From: Botryllus schlosseri
Lineage: Eukaryota
Assembly: GCA_051294905.1 (NCBI GenBank)
Contig: CM119373.1
Coordinates: forward strand, 5,768,001 to 5,832,000
Length of the DNA: 64,000 nucleotides
Direction: 5' to 3'
Made by a program: the position numbers and the translations under genes. Shown here piece after piece: positions 37,844-51,458 of this stretch. Position 1 is the first letter of the stretch. The number at the start of each line of letters is the position of its first letter. The notes under the pieces are model-generated. The model saw nothing but the letters and a program-made list of their open reading frames with translations, searched no databases and was not told the origin of the DNA.

Positions 37844-39772
37844 GTTGCGAGCCACGGCTTTAATCATACCATCATTTACAAACACACACTCTATTTTCGG
37901 AGGAAATCAAGTCCGGCAATACTCGATTCAAGAACGAGATGGAATAGGTAACGGCGTACGCTGGAGTTATCCATTTAGTTCTATCGGCTTACCATGTAAG
38001 CGGGTACTATTCGCGCCAATCGCTAGCATTTCTGAGTCATGGGATGAATTTATGGTAAATAATATTGCGACTTGTACTTACATATTCCAATATCATTGTT
38101 TCATCCTCCCTCGGCCCACGATCAGATCTACAAGCGGAAAATTTAGGGCAGAAAAATAGCAAAATAATAAAATATATACACTTGTACATCTTAATCGAAG
38201 TTGACATTCGTTTCTTGCGGGTTAGATGCGAGAGGGCCAATGCTATTTATGACTCTGTATATTTGGCGATCTCCAGTAAAGATTTTCCATTTTCCATCAC
38301 ACGTGCGAGACGAAATTAAATATAAACTCCTTTCGAGCCCAGTATTGAAATGTGATATGGTGACCATATGTCCCGAATTTCACTGTAAACAATGCGTCCG
38401 GAAGGAAATTCTAAAATATGCCTTAATGTCCGGAATTTTGAAGGCTTGAAGTAGGTTCGATTTTATTTCCGTAAATTACCATAAACAATAATATTTTTAA
38501 GCAGATATATGCTATTCGAAAGTTTTCTTCGCACTGCGCGCTATTTAGTGCCCCGAATATTCGTGGAATATTCATGGACACCTTGCACCGCCCTCGCAAA
38601 AAAATGCAATAAAAATGAATAAAAAATAACCATGATTTACTGAGATAAGTCTAAGTGTAATCACAATCATAAGATAACGGTATATTCCTAGAGTTGGTTA
38701 AGCTCGTTTGCGTGCTTTAGTCAAAAACAGTTGTTCTAAACGTGGTAGTCGTTTGCCTTTATTCTGGTGATCGCGTAGATGTTCGACGATATCAGCTTCC
38801 AAAATAGGCCGTGAGTAAGTCTGGGCAATTTGACCTATTTAAGTAATCAGACCAACAAATTTTCGAGCTGGGCCAGGGAACATTTTCAAATCGGAAATGA
38901 CGTCGCAACCATCAAAGGTTGTAGAATAACGGATGTGCAACCTGTTAGCAGTGTTGGGATGACTCGAGTCAAAAATCGAGAATGATTTCGCAAACATTAC
39001 GAAGTCACCCTGATTGACGTTACTATCTCCATATTTTTATTTTTTTCACTAACCCAACAAAACGTCTCTATAAACAGCAATATGTTTGTATCAGCAGGTT
39101 ATTGGAAAATTCTCAATGAACATGAATTTCCACACTACGATAGTTCATGTCAGACGACTATTATGATGATATGAGTCATGAGGTTTTAGCAGTTGCGAAA
39201 CTGCCTCATGCTTTCTCAAATTAAAAAATAAAATAAAAATTAGGTTATCAACCAAAATTTAGAAGTCTCGCGGAAGTAGTGAGGGGAAGCAATTTTGATG
39301 CAGGCCCTGACGCTATTTATGTTCATCGCTCACCACTAGACTATCGCGATGTATATTAGCACTATGTGTTGTAATGTGCTTCCGAGAAATAAATAACATT
39401 CATTATACGTTAGATGATACTTTCCTCAGATCTATGTATGATTTTGTGTGTATTTCAGACTATGTATGTTCGCGAAGATTGAGTATCGCATGGATAAATG
39501 CATCATCACTAATTAATTACTTGGATGCGACTTGATAATATTAATCCCTAGTAACGTAGTCAGATGAATAACATAATTTACTCAACTATCCACGATTTTG
39601 TATGTATTTAGGATTAAAACGTCGGCAGGAACGCATAAGCCAACATCTCCCCAGATTTATCAGAACACGTGCATCACGCTCAGTGAAAAGCACACCCTTA
39701 ACTCATCCGCTTAAGATTGATGCTGATCGATCAAAGGCCATTAATTTTGCCATCGGCAAACATCTGTTAGAT

Positions 39773-41421
39773 CAGAGGTCTCAAACTCAAATGTGCTCGC
39801 GGGTCAGTTTCCTAGTTTTGATGACACCGCGGGCCGCAGCATCAATAATAGCGATATTCAACGTATAATTTCCAAGTAGGCATTATTTGACGGGACCTTG
39901 TAGACAGGCATTCCACAAACATCGTGGCAATGTAATTTACTAACGTACTATAGTATATATATATTCACGCTTGACACGGAGAAAAATCACATATTGTCAA
40001 ATATTTGAATAAAATTGTTTTAGTGCCGGGCATATTTTTTTTAATTAATGAGCCTGTGCAAAAAATTATCGAGGCGACAGATTTCGCATACTCGGAACGG
40101 GCCGTTCACTCTTTCATTTGTGTGCCTTGGAGTCGACTTTTATCAAAATACACCAGCCAAGGCTGTGTTCAAAATAGACCAGCCAAGACTGTGTTAACAA
40201 AACGAGTATGTGTATCATCTAAAAATAGTACATTGAACGCTCTCGTGTTCGAGATTTCATGCGGGTGACGTCATATTTTGTGCGACGATTGTTGATATAC
40301 GATGTTCGTTTGAATTCTCTATTAGTTGCTGACGATTACCCCTGACGAGTGTCAGCCGAAAATATTAGGGTTCATTTCAATATGAATATGCTATTCAATT
40401 GGAAAATATCAATATAAAGATATCTACAATATAATCATTATTGCGCCATAGTAATAGCATTGATTTTTAAACTTTTTAGCGATCGTACCCCTTGTGCTTC
40501 CACTAACATTTCTCGTAGCCACTGTCCATTTTCAACACAATTTCTGATGGTACCTATATAAAAATCAGAAAGCCCATTCACACAAAATCGCGCGTTTTGC
40601 AGTTGAATGAATTGGTCGATAAAATATTTCACAGCATATTGACCTGATTCCACAATGCATCTCGTACACCCTGATGCGGTGCTTTGTACCCCGATGGGGT
40701 CTACGGACCCTTAATAAGAATATCTGGAATAGAAATGTCCAATCGGCGAATAATTCATTGGTGTTACAGCTGTAGAGCGTACTACTACTGATTATGACAT
40801 GGATAAAAGAGAACAAACAAAACCCAGCATGTAACCATCTATACGTCACGGGGGTCACAGAATAGCAATGGTTGCCATACTGATCTGATTAGATATAACT
40901 ATTTACCTACTCACAACGCAAGCTACGACCTTTTGATATATTACTGTTCCCCATGACAATTTCATAGATTGTTGAGTCCGTAGGATTACTAAAGTCACCG
41001 CTCCGAGTCGCAGGTCATTCTCTGATTTTAACGTTTGAATGGACTTATCTCGAGTCATTTTTATTTATTCACCCAGTCAATCCGAAATCGAGTCATTTTA
41101 CGAGAAGGACGCACCAAACCAAATCACAATTTTCAGTCACGAATCATCAACTGGTCATGTTTTATCGGCATGAATGTAACGTAATAGCTGATCTTTTACC
41201 GAATGGTAGCTTTTAAAAGTGATGTGATTGTAAAGTTTGTTGAGATTTCAGTGTTTTTTTTAGTAGTTTTAGCATGAACTTCAAATTCGTATATCTAAAA
41301 AAAGATATTTGGCACTTGAATATATTGTTGAATACTTCAAATTACAAAATGCCGTCGCGGGCCGCACAAAATGCTTTCGAGGGCCGCATGCGGCCCGCGC
41401 GACGCGTGTTTGAGACCTCTG
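39773..41421. mobile_element. hAT (Charlie-like) MITE containing a second PLE 3' fragment (~40065-40400)
   Basis: TIR CAGAGGTCTCAAAC, perfect TSD TGTTAGAT (39765-39772, 41422-41429). Confidence 0.92.
40338..40371 (+). ncRNA. Minimal type I hammerhead ribozyme motif
   Basis: ACCC-CTGACGA-G-TGTCAGC-C-GAAA-ATAT-TA-GGGT: intact core, stem I ACCC/GGGT, palindromic ATAT in stem III. Confidence 0.8.
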
Positions 41422-41691
41422 TGTTAGATAATCCGATTTGTGCGAATAATTATCGAGACGACCGATTTCAAATCGTTGGGCGGGGCCGTTCACAATTCCA
41501 TTTGTGCGCCTTGGAGCCGACTTTTATCAAAATACACCAACCAAAACTCTGTCAACAAAAGGAGTTCATGTACCACCTAAAAATAGTACATTGAACGCTC
41601 TCTCTCTCTTTCATGCTGCTGGCGTCATATTTTGTGATACGATTGTTGATATGCAATGTTCGTTCCAATTTTCTACTAGTTTCTGACGATT

Positions 41692-41725
41692 ACCCCTGAC
41701 GAGTTTCAGCCGAAAATATTCGGGT
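41692..41725 (+). ncRNA. Minimal type I hammerhead ribozyme motif
   Basis: ACCC-CTGACGA-G-TTTCAGC-C-GAAA-ATAT-TC-GGGT: intact core with UUC cleavage triplet, ~100 nt after the PLE ORF stop. Confidence 0.82.
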
Positions 41726-42460
41726 TCATTTCAATATGAATATACTATCCAATTGTATATTAGGATTAATACTAACACCCGCAAATTTTTTTGCATCTCT
41801 AGAATACGGGTAATTAAATCGTTAGGATGTCTATGCAAGACTATATTCGTCAAATATTTTATTATTATGTGTATCTAGGACTTTATATTTTCGCGGATAA
41901 TATGAGCTCTCAGATAACACTCATCAACGTTGAAGTAGGTGCGGTTTTTATGATGATATATTAGAATTTTACGCACATTTCGCACGATCAACTACGCAAG
42001 GACGTTGGTAACATTCAGATTGTGCGTATGTTTCGCGTGATGAACATAATTTTTTTGTGTATTTCAGACTATGAATGTTCACGAAGACTGCGATATCGCA
42101 TGGATAAATGCATCATCACTAATTATTTACTTCAATGCGACTTGATAATAATAATCCCTAGTAACGTAGTCAAAATCATAATAGAATTTACGCGAAATCG
42201 GAATTGCTCTGCGATAATTTTGATCACTATGTATTGATAATAACTTGCTTCCGAGAAATAATACTTCTATTAAACTCTTACACTTGCACTAAACTTCTAT
42301 TTTACACCACGGATTTTGTAGAGTAGATAGAGCACTAACCTTTAAAATGTATAATAAATGCTAATGATCTCGTTCCATATCGATTTGACGAAAACGAACT
42401 AGCCGCAGGCATGCGATTCTTGGGGCTAAAATTATACAAACACTTACGCTGCATGTACAC

Positions 42461-44363
42461 CAAGGGTCGGCAACCTACGGCCCGCGGGCCGGATCCGGCC
42501 CGCCAAGCGAAATCGTCCGGCCCGCGACATCATAATTAGTTATCACAAGAATACGGCCCGTCGTTTCATAATGAGTTTCAATTTGCAGTGCAGCACTGCT
42601 TGGAAAGAATGAGGCATTGCTATCCTACATGGTATTAGTCTATTGTTACGCCATAAAACGAAGGTGGTTGAAGTAGGAGATGAGATTGTCTGTAGAGTAG
42701 ACTACATCAGTAGGCTACTTATGAATCGGGTGTGAAAATAAAGGTGTCCTTCCTCTGCTTGCTGGAATCAATCAATCGTTGAGTTATATTTTTCATCTGA
42801 ACAAGTGATACACAATGTGCAATGCGATAAGACACAATGCTATGTCATGATCAGATATGAGGATGTCGAACGACACGCAGTTGTGATCCTATCATTTTAA
42901 CATCCACCTCGGCCACAGTTCTTTTCGATGTTGATCTTTTTGAAGCCGCGAACCTTTCTACTAGTTCTTTCCATTCTTAGTGAGTGCTTTCTTTCCTCTC
43001 TCGGGTCTTTTTCTGGGCTTTTCTGTCGCCGTAAGAGCGGCGACGGCGGGGGAAGAGGAGCCCAGATAAACCTTCGACGGGAATCGAGTCGGGCCGCCAG
43101 ATTAGTAGGCGCTTATCGTCACCACTATACGCTATATGCCCCTCGCCAAAAACGCTTGGAACATCTCAGACGCAATGACAAAATCTCAAACTCACACTGT
43201 TTAATTATAGATAACTAGCCTCCGTAGGTTAGTTATTTATAGTTAAATTCACTAGAAGGCATTGTGCGCCAAGACAACAAACCTGAATAGTGTTTTGGCC
43301 ACAATGACGAAAACTCTTTATATGATTTGGTCTCACAAACTGAATCACCAACATTTACGCCAGACAATATTAGAAGCAGAGAATTAATATGGCGATGTCC
43401 TGTATATCTGCTATGTTGGCGCACGTCGAGCAGCTATACTTGCACGAGTGTACGAACTGAGAAATGAAACAGCAACTCTCTTCGAAAATATAAATATCGC
43501 CGACTCATAACCTTGTAATCGAAAATGGTTATCTAATCTTGCTTTCCTTGTACATTTAACGTCACATCTGAACAAATTGAATTTGCAACTTCAAGGGGAA
43601 ACAGCTGAATACATGAGATGTTGAGGCGCATTCGAAACAAATTTGCGACCCAAGGAATGTCAACAATACAAAGAAATTATGCTCACGTTCCTATACTGTA
43701 GGAGAGAAAACCTAGTCCCAGCACTACATTTGTAACTGTGATGCGAAATTTAATTACTGAATATTCACCCGCTTTCCCTAAATTCCTTTTCTACAAAACA
43801 AATTCTGACTATTCAGTACTCCGTTTAATGTGGACGCCAATAACATTGCCTAGAAATTTTAAATGCGCCGTTTTGAAATGCGATGCAGTTGAATTGAATG
43901 ACAAATTTCATACAAAGAGCATAACGCAGCATGACTTTACAACGAGTATGTTCTTGAAATTGGTCTTTATCCCAGCTTGACCAACAATGCAAAAGAAATT
44001 GCATCGATTTTTGGTAGCACGTACGCATATCGACAATAGTTTTCAACAATGACATTCACGAAGAGCAAGCTAAGTTCACTATTTCGGACATCCATTTAAA
44101 ATATGGTCAGATTCTTGCTTCATCTGACTTGTTACCAGAAGTTGAAAACCTTTCACAAAGCAAGCTGCGTCAATTGTCACATTTATTCTGCGTTGTTGAA
44201 GTGTAAATAAATGGGCTTTGTTATAGGTATGATCCAGATTGCAGCAATGTAGGATAATATACCGAAGTGAGCATAAAATGTAGTATTGTGAAAAGTTCCG
44301 GCCCGCGAAAAAGTTGTACACTCGAAATTTGGCCCGTGACTAGCAAAAGGTTGCCGACCCCTC
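42461..44363. mobile_element. hAT (Charlie-like) MITE carrying a SINE
   Basis: Ends CAAGGGTCGGCAACCT / AGGTTGCCGACCCCTC, perfect TSD ATGTACAC. Confidence 0.9.
42786..43146 (-). mobile_element. tRNA-like SINE, second family (copy 2)
   Basis: Homologous to 26135-26433. TAGCGTATAGTGG and GACTCGATTCC boxes. Shares a GGTTTATCTGGGCTCCTC-like core with the 34482 SINE. Confidence 0.6.
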
Positions 44364-45954
44364 ATGTACACAATCCCCAGCGTTATAACGATAGGGACAA
44401 ATTAGTCACATGTACGCGAAACTAATGGATATAACGACGTAGACAAATTAGTTTCATGTATGCGGTGTCCGAGGTTACCAATAGAAATAGACACTTTGAG
44501 CGTTTTGTTTTAGGTTTCGTGATGTCATCATACAGGACTCAGGCCACTATCTTGCAGTAGGTTACGGGATCTATTCTCAGTCTCATGGTACTTTCCTCAG
44601 ATATTCTATTATGTGTATTTAGGGCTAACGCGACTTGACAATATTAACGCGTTGATGCTGTTCCATACCAATTTGTCACTTAATTTCGTAAAGTAGGTAC
44701 ATAACTTCTTCTATTAATCTCTTACACTTCTACTAAACTTCAACACTTAATCTTGTGAAGTATAATGAAAAGTGGAAGTAATCGAAAGATTCACGAAGTT
44801 CCGATACACTATATTTGAGTTTTTAAAAGTTATTAATCCCTCACTCCGACTTCAATTTCTTTGTCATGAAAACATTTACTTTCAAAGGATTTTCAATAGG
44901 ATTTTTATGTACCAACAATCACTGTTATTCATAAAGACAGATCAGATGAGGTGCGGCCAACCCGTGGTCAACAGGCCAAATGCGACCCGCGAGAAGGTTT
45001 TGTGTGGCCTGCTAGGTAACACTTGAAATTATTTGTGACAACCAAAATTTGATTAGCCTGACCGCGAAATTAAATGATGACTAAAACACCAGTTCTGGCG
45101 CATTAGCGTAACCAAGGACCAGCCACATTTATCGCAGATCTTCGTATGCGCATAAAGTAGAAGTAGTATGAGTAATGTGCACGACGTGCGCATGCAAGGA
45201 TTATAATAAACAAACAAAGATTATCAATATAATAAGTAATTAAAGAATTAGCTCATTCTCAATTTTGCAGCAATACTTTCATGACCCTGTGTGCGGCAAT
45301 CAAAAAGGGGGAATAATTAACGATAGAGAGAAAACGAACAAAGAATCTTGATTGACCTTTGTACTCAGACATGAGACTTGAGTCATTCTACTTGTACTTT
45401 TCCACTCGCCTCCTGATTCTACCTGCCTTTATTCTGGAGTTTGCGAATATGTTGAACGTAATCAGCTTCCAAAATATCGATTGACCTCTTGTACTCTGGC
45501 CAGAAGTGAAACTTATTGATTAGTAATTCTACTTGTACTTTTCCACTCATGATTTAATCTGCCTCGCTTGACCTCTGGACAAGGACACGAAACTACAGCT
45601 GACTTCGGTCGTACGCGACTGGGCTTGGTAATAGTTGCCTGCCGACAAATCGCCCTGACCTATCGTTTTGTGGTTCAATTTCGTGACGGGGCTTTGGGAA
45701 TAATTGCCTGTCAAACCACCCTGGTTGACTTGTCGTTTCGCGATTGACTCGATTTCGTGCACGGTGGAGCATAGGAATAATTGCCGGTCGTGACGTCAAT
45801 AAAGTTTTCTCCTGATCGGTGAGATCCTGGTGCGTGTTTTAGGTGTCTATACGTTCGGCTGTGCATAGTGACGCTTGTAGTCTGTTCCATACTGTCGTAC
45901 TTGCTCTTGCTTTGTTGTCGACTTAAATAGTAAGGAGAAATGATCTGTTCTGGT

Positions 45955-46530
45955 TATAAATGTGTGTGTCATTTTGATTCATATCGAGAACCAGAAAGAA
46001 TGTCGTGTATTAAAAATAGGTATTAGGCGCCCCCGACATAGATTAACTTAAATACAGTAACATTAAGAATATAATAAGTAATTAAAGAAATAGCTGATTC
46101 TCAATTTTGCTCGCACCAACGTGTTAACTTGCGGTAGTACGTATCTAGTGATTGGTGTAAGCAACAACTGCTGTTCCACACTTTACCGCGTTCTAGCGTC
46201 TTCATATAGGACAGACAATCCCAACCAAACAATGTATCTGTTATTATTATAAATATGTGTGTCATTTCGAGTCATACCGAGAATCAGAACGAATGTCGTA
46301 GTAGAAATTTGTATTAGGCGACCCGACATAGATTAGCTTAAATAACGTAACATTATGAATATAATAAGTAATTAAACAAATAGATGATTCTCAATTTTGC
46401 TCACATCAACGTGTTAACCCCCCGGTAAAACGCACCTAGTATTCGGTGCAAGCAACAAATGTGGCTGTTCCATACCTATACCGCGTTCTAGCGTCTTCAT
46501 AAGGACAGACAGTCCCATCCGAACAATGTA
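45955..46530. repeat. Subterminal ~290-bp tandem repeat sharing a motif with the TIR
   Basis: Two units starting TTATAAAT(G/A)TGTGTGTCATTT. The motif AATATAATAAGTAATTAAA...ATTCTCAATTTTGC occurs at ~45227 (in TIR), ~46068 and ~46358. Confidence 0.85.
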
Positions 46531-47564
46531 TTTATGATGGGGGTGTTTTTACTGCTTCACGTCTGGTCAAGCGTAATCATACCAGTGCCTATAAATGATA
46601 TGTAATTTACCGAGGGATATTAATTTTGTATGCTGTACAGTGTACATGATGGACAACTAGAATCGATCTGTTGTCGTACTGATGCTTTGCCTGTCTGTAC
46701 GATAGATATGGATCACGAATTCACCGCGCACTTGTCATTCGAGGGCGACTCATTTCGCTGTAGACAATCAGTTGTGTTCGCGTGTGCCGTAACATATCCT
46801 CAACACTTGTTATGTCAACACCTCCAAACATATTTACAATGTCATGCTAAGGGTATATTGCTTCGGCGGGGTGTTACCGTCAGAGAATCGCTGTGTCATC
46901 CCTTTCGAGCCTCGTATTTCCCGTTTGAACTCGGTAACTGCGAGTACGATGTCAGATTCAATTGTACAGTGACGAATCGGGGTAGCTCGCTTCATCGGGG
47001 ATCAGTGGACTGACCTTATTTGGCTGAAACGCGCTCGGTTTCGGTGGTGCAATAATGGGAATGAATTGTGACAGATCATACGTGATGCGATCTATAGCCT
47101 GCTTTCGGTGAGGTGTAATGAGTGGGAGATTTCGAAATCAGAATCCACTGCGACTATAAGGTTGCAAAAGCAAAGTCCAAAAAATCCGACTGGCACGTAA
47201 AGTCCTGGTATTTCCATGTATTAGGCTGGTAAAATGTAGCATAAATCCGACTCTCAAAGACACTTGGCCGCATCCAGTCCGGGTTTAACCAAAACTGATG
47301 AAATCTGCGCCGGGTCCGGAAACGAATCGTGACCACCCCCGTCCAGACAAAACAGTTCTGCTGTAAGGGGAGTGTCGCTGTACATTAATTTGCGTACATC
47401 GAGACTTTGTATCGACTCATTGGCGGACTTCTGTTTGTCTGTACAGGTGTTATTAGTGTAATTAGATTTGCCACCACAAGGAGCATATTGGCAAAATCAC
47501 ACAACGATAACAACTTTACCCGTCAACAACTCTCATGACTTGTCGTTGGTACGCTTCCAATTTC

Positions 47565-50500
47565 GATGTGGTGCGATATACGCGAATCAGCTGTGATCAA
47601 TCGAGCGTGACACAATCGATGTCAGTCATCAACCCGCCTGTTGACAAAACTCGCGTCTTCGGGTTGACAGCAATACAATGCGATCCATTTGATGTCCCGT
47701 CGACCCTCCTATTTAATGGGGTTACCATACGGCCTCATTCAAGGGAGCATATGTCCTCCTTTTCCCAGATATGTCACCCCTTCGCCCGAATGTACTCTCT
47801 TTCTGTCAATTTGTCCTCCTTGTTAGCTTAACATATCCAAAAAAACACCACGAGTAACGCAAAATGTGGGCCTAGATTACAAAAGTCGGGTATGTAGCCA
47901 AATCGGAAAAATGACGCTATGATGGTATTGTGCAGGCTATTACATGTATACGGGGGCCTGTGTAAACATGTGAATAGTAAAAGCGACCCAAACTACCGTT
48001 ACATGAAAAAGATCGAGCGCACTCGACCATGTCGGGGTATACCCACCATAGTACAGCCAAATGATCCCATGTCGTACCGAGAATAGCCGGGGTGGTGATA
48101 CATCATTCTCACAAGATGTACTTTGGAATGCGTGTGAAATCGTCATCGTCCGCTACTCGACTAAAGCAGAATATAGCTTTGAAGTACTCAAGTAGAAGTA
48201 GCTTTAAAAGAAATGTCGGTATCGTGAAATGGCTTTCTATCCTAATTATAAAGAGTAGGTCCCCATAAAACTGTCGAGTCAAAATACAGTTTCGAAGCGA
48301 CCCGGTAATTTGTAAATCTTATTTATGGGTTGCACGGTGTGTTAATTCATTAGAGAGAAGCAGACACGGCGGTGCCTGTATAACGAGGCTGTTCTCAAAT
48401 CCACATTGTCTTCGCTATTATCGGGGAGATATGGCTTTGCAGTGACATGGAGGTCGTTAAAATATATTGGTTAAATACGATTTATTCCTCATATATGGGA
48501 ATCAATGCGTGAATAATGTATCGATTCAGCAATTCGCTCCGCCAAGAACTTAATTTTCTTATATCCGGCCCGCCGACCGAAGGAGTTGCCCGCTCCCTTG
48601 TATAACACATATGTAAATGATACAATAGCGACAGCTAACGGTTGTCAATCATCCATAAAAAATACAGCTGACCAGTAATTTATACAGCTCTCAAGGATAA
48701 ACTAGGAATATATGTGTGAGTAACCTCGATTGACCCATGAGGCAAGTTTAGACACGAAAAGCTTTTTGAGGTGTGATATAATCCCAATAATTGTACAGTA
48801 TTTTTCCACGGACACATAGCGCAATCGAAAACGGAGTTCGTCTGTCTCATTCCCTGCGGCTGACTCGAGCAAAAGTATAGGGTATAAGTGACCATGAGTC
48901 CATGCCAAGCCTGTCCACCGCTTTTGAGTAGGTATTTGGAAAGACCGGGTCGTGATAACCTCCATACAAGGCCTAATAGTTCTGCGTACAGCGAAACTTT
49001 GTAGCGACCTATTTGCGGGCTGTGCATGTGTTGTTAGTGCAATCGTGTTTAGCCCCACAAGAACGTAATCATTTGAGGATGAATAAAATCTTACCCCACA
49101 ACGATACCAAATTTACCCCCTCAACAACTCCAACGGTATGTATTTATGTAGATTTCATATTTTTATGAAAAAGCTAATCGACCACAAGATACTGTTACGT
49201 ACCATCTCTTTCGGTAGGGTTTGTTAGTATTGTAACATGATGATCGGGGGCTATGGTCTTTTACACTAGGTCTAAAAGGGTAGGGGTATTCGTTAGTGAT
49301 ACACCCGTCTGACGGTGGGGTATTCGACAAAATCACTCTGTTTTTACTACGGAAACCATGATCACACTTACGAGCTCTCATCACTTGTCGTACGAATGCT
49401 TGTAATATCGGTGTGATGTACTCAAAACAGCTGTGATCACTCGAGTGTGACGCGATCGAAGTCAGTCCTATCAGCTGTCTGAGGAAACTCGTATACTCAG
49501 TAAGAGAGAGAGAGAGAGTCTTTATTTTCATCCAACCAAAATACATAACACACGGCAGTGATGGTGGTACAGAAAATCTCGCACAGTATTCGGTATTAGA
49601 TAGGAATGATCGATAAGACCGTGAAGGTCATCTAGTCTGATCACACCAGCATCAAACAGGTACACTTGACTCTAAACAGTCTGGCTGCAAAGGTTGACGG
49701 CAATGCGATATATTTGATGTCCCCATCGATCCTCATACTAATGGGGTTGGCGTACGTCCTCCTTCTCCAGGAAAATATCCTCGCATAAATGTACTCCTTT
49801 TTGTGAATTTATCTTCCGTTTTAGCTTAAAATACCCAAAAAGACCGTGAATAACGCGAAATAGGGACCTACGAGAAGCGGGTAGGGTCTATCTTGCTGTT
49901 TTCGCATAATTCTGTTATTCAAATGTAGGATTTTGGTGTAGGTCTGATTTATAACTTTGTAAAAGTGAGGTAAACTCATTACAAAATTACTTTCTGCTTT
50001 TAAAGTCAAACGTGCAAAGAGTAAGTAATTTCACCTGAAACGGTTGAGGAGTAAGTTACAACGACTTGGATATATAGCACTAGTACCGAGTACTCGAATC
50101 AGTAGCGTCTTTTTACACCATTACTCAACCCAAGTCCACAACATACCTAAAAACGTGGTATCGTTTTGTGTATTTCAGTGAAGCAAATTCAATTTAAATC
50201 TCAAACCACTTTATCCTGTGCCCGACCTCATTAAAAATCGATCAAAACCTGATCACCACCTGCGTAATCAATCCGCTGTGTGTAAAATGGTATACCATGT
50301 TCGTGTCGATCGTATATTAATTTTGCGTGCGATTTGCGTCGATCTGCTGTCGAACAGATATACTTTTGCCTACTCCTGAAGTATACAGTATTACCATGTT
50401 GTCTATATTACGGCTCTGTGGTTAGACAATACAGATTAGAGACGCCCCGGACTGATCAATATAGTCGGATACTCCCAATCTGCTCAGTCGTGGTTCTTGA

Positions 50501-51450
50501 CCCTCCAAGACCTCTGTTAGCATCAGTCTATCTCACTGTTTGTATTGCCAATTTCAAACTCCGTAATAGTGATCACTCGCTCATGTGTAGAATATAGAAA
50601 TTGACGCCTGGACTATTTGCACGAGCTCATGGTTTATGGTAAACTTACTAAAGCGGAAAGTCACTGCCAAGTTGAACATTGACTGATCGTTTTCTTGTTA
50701 TCGTCGATATTCGCTCGTACGTTCTTTCATGCCTTAGAATTTTTGTTATCATCGAGTGTGGTCATAAATAGACAGGGGGGACAAATTCGATGCGTTCAAC
50801 ACAATACGCGTTTGCCACATCTCAGTCCGGACCGTAACCGATCGTTTACCGCACCTACGATAAATGTCGCTTTTTACTCATAGGTAAGCCGATGATCTGT
50901 GAAAACACAGGCGCTAACGTGCGATTTCGTTATTTATTCCTTCAACGTCACATGACCGCCTATGAGGGCTTTTTGGGTGCCCACCAATACAGTGTTGAAA
51001 CGTGATACATAGGGCCCCCACTGCGTGCTATACGCCTAAATAAATATGTTTACTCGAGTTTACACCTGGTGTGGAGCAGTGAAGTGGATGCAGAAAGTAA
51101 ATAAGACGAAACAAACCAGTTGACTACATCGATTAATATACGGGAGTTGATAAATTTCGTCAAGTGACTTTTGAATGGATGTTATTTGTCTGTTGTTTGA
51201 TGGATAAGATTGTATTCAATCATAAACTACTAATATACTTCTTGTGGTGCTAAACCTGATTATACAAATGAATCAAACAAACAGTATTCCGCCAATTGGG
51301 AGTAGTTGCCCGTCGTCGTGATTGATCTCCTAGTTCGCGGTGGTAACGAAGAATGTATAACAGAAAGTGTAAATAGCGACAACTAACTGTTGTCAGTCGT
51401 CCACAACAATGCAGCTAACCAGTAATCTATAGAGATTTCAAGAATCGATA
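47565..51450. repeat. Old local duplication
   Basis: 47565-47870 matches 49425-49865 (the latter interrupted by a ~190-bp retro-like insert with a (CT)n tail at ~49500-49690). 48580-48700 matches 51300-51445. Confidence 0.7.
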
Positions 51451-51458
51451 ATCAAATG

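Larger units (their letters stand above)
39605..41752 (+). mobile_element. Penelope-like element 3' end (GIY-YIG C-terminal half plus hammerhead-bearing tail), split by a MITE
   Basis: Joined frame QERISQHLPRFIR...AIGKHLLD-NPICANNYRDDRFQIVGRGRSQFHLCALEPTFIKIHQPKLCQQKEFMYHLKIVH* is typical of PLE endonuclease C-termini. Confidence 0.85.

Noticed and set aside
46630..47013. 127-aa ORF as a Polinton gene
   Set aside because: No recognisable motif. A short accessory remnant cannot be excluded but is unsupported.
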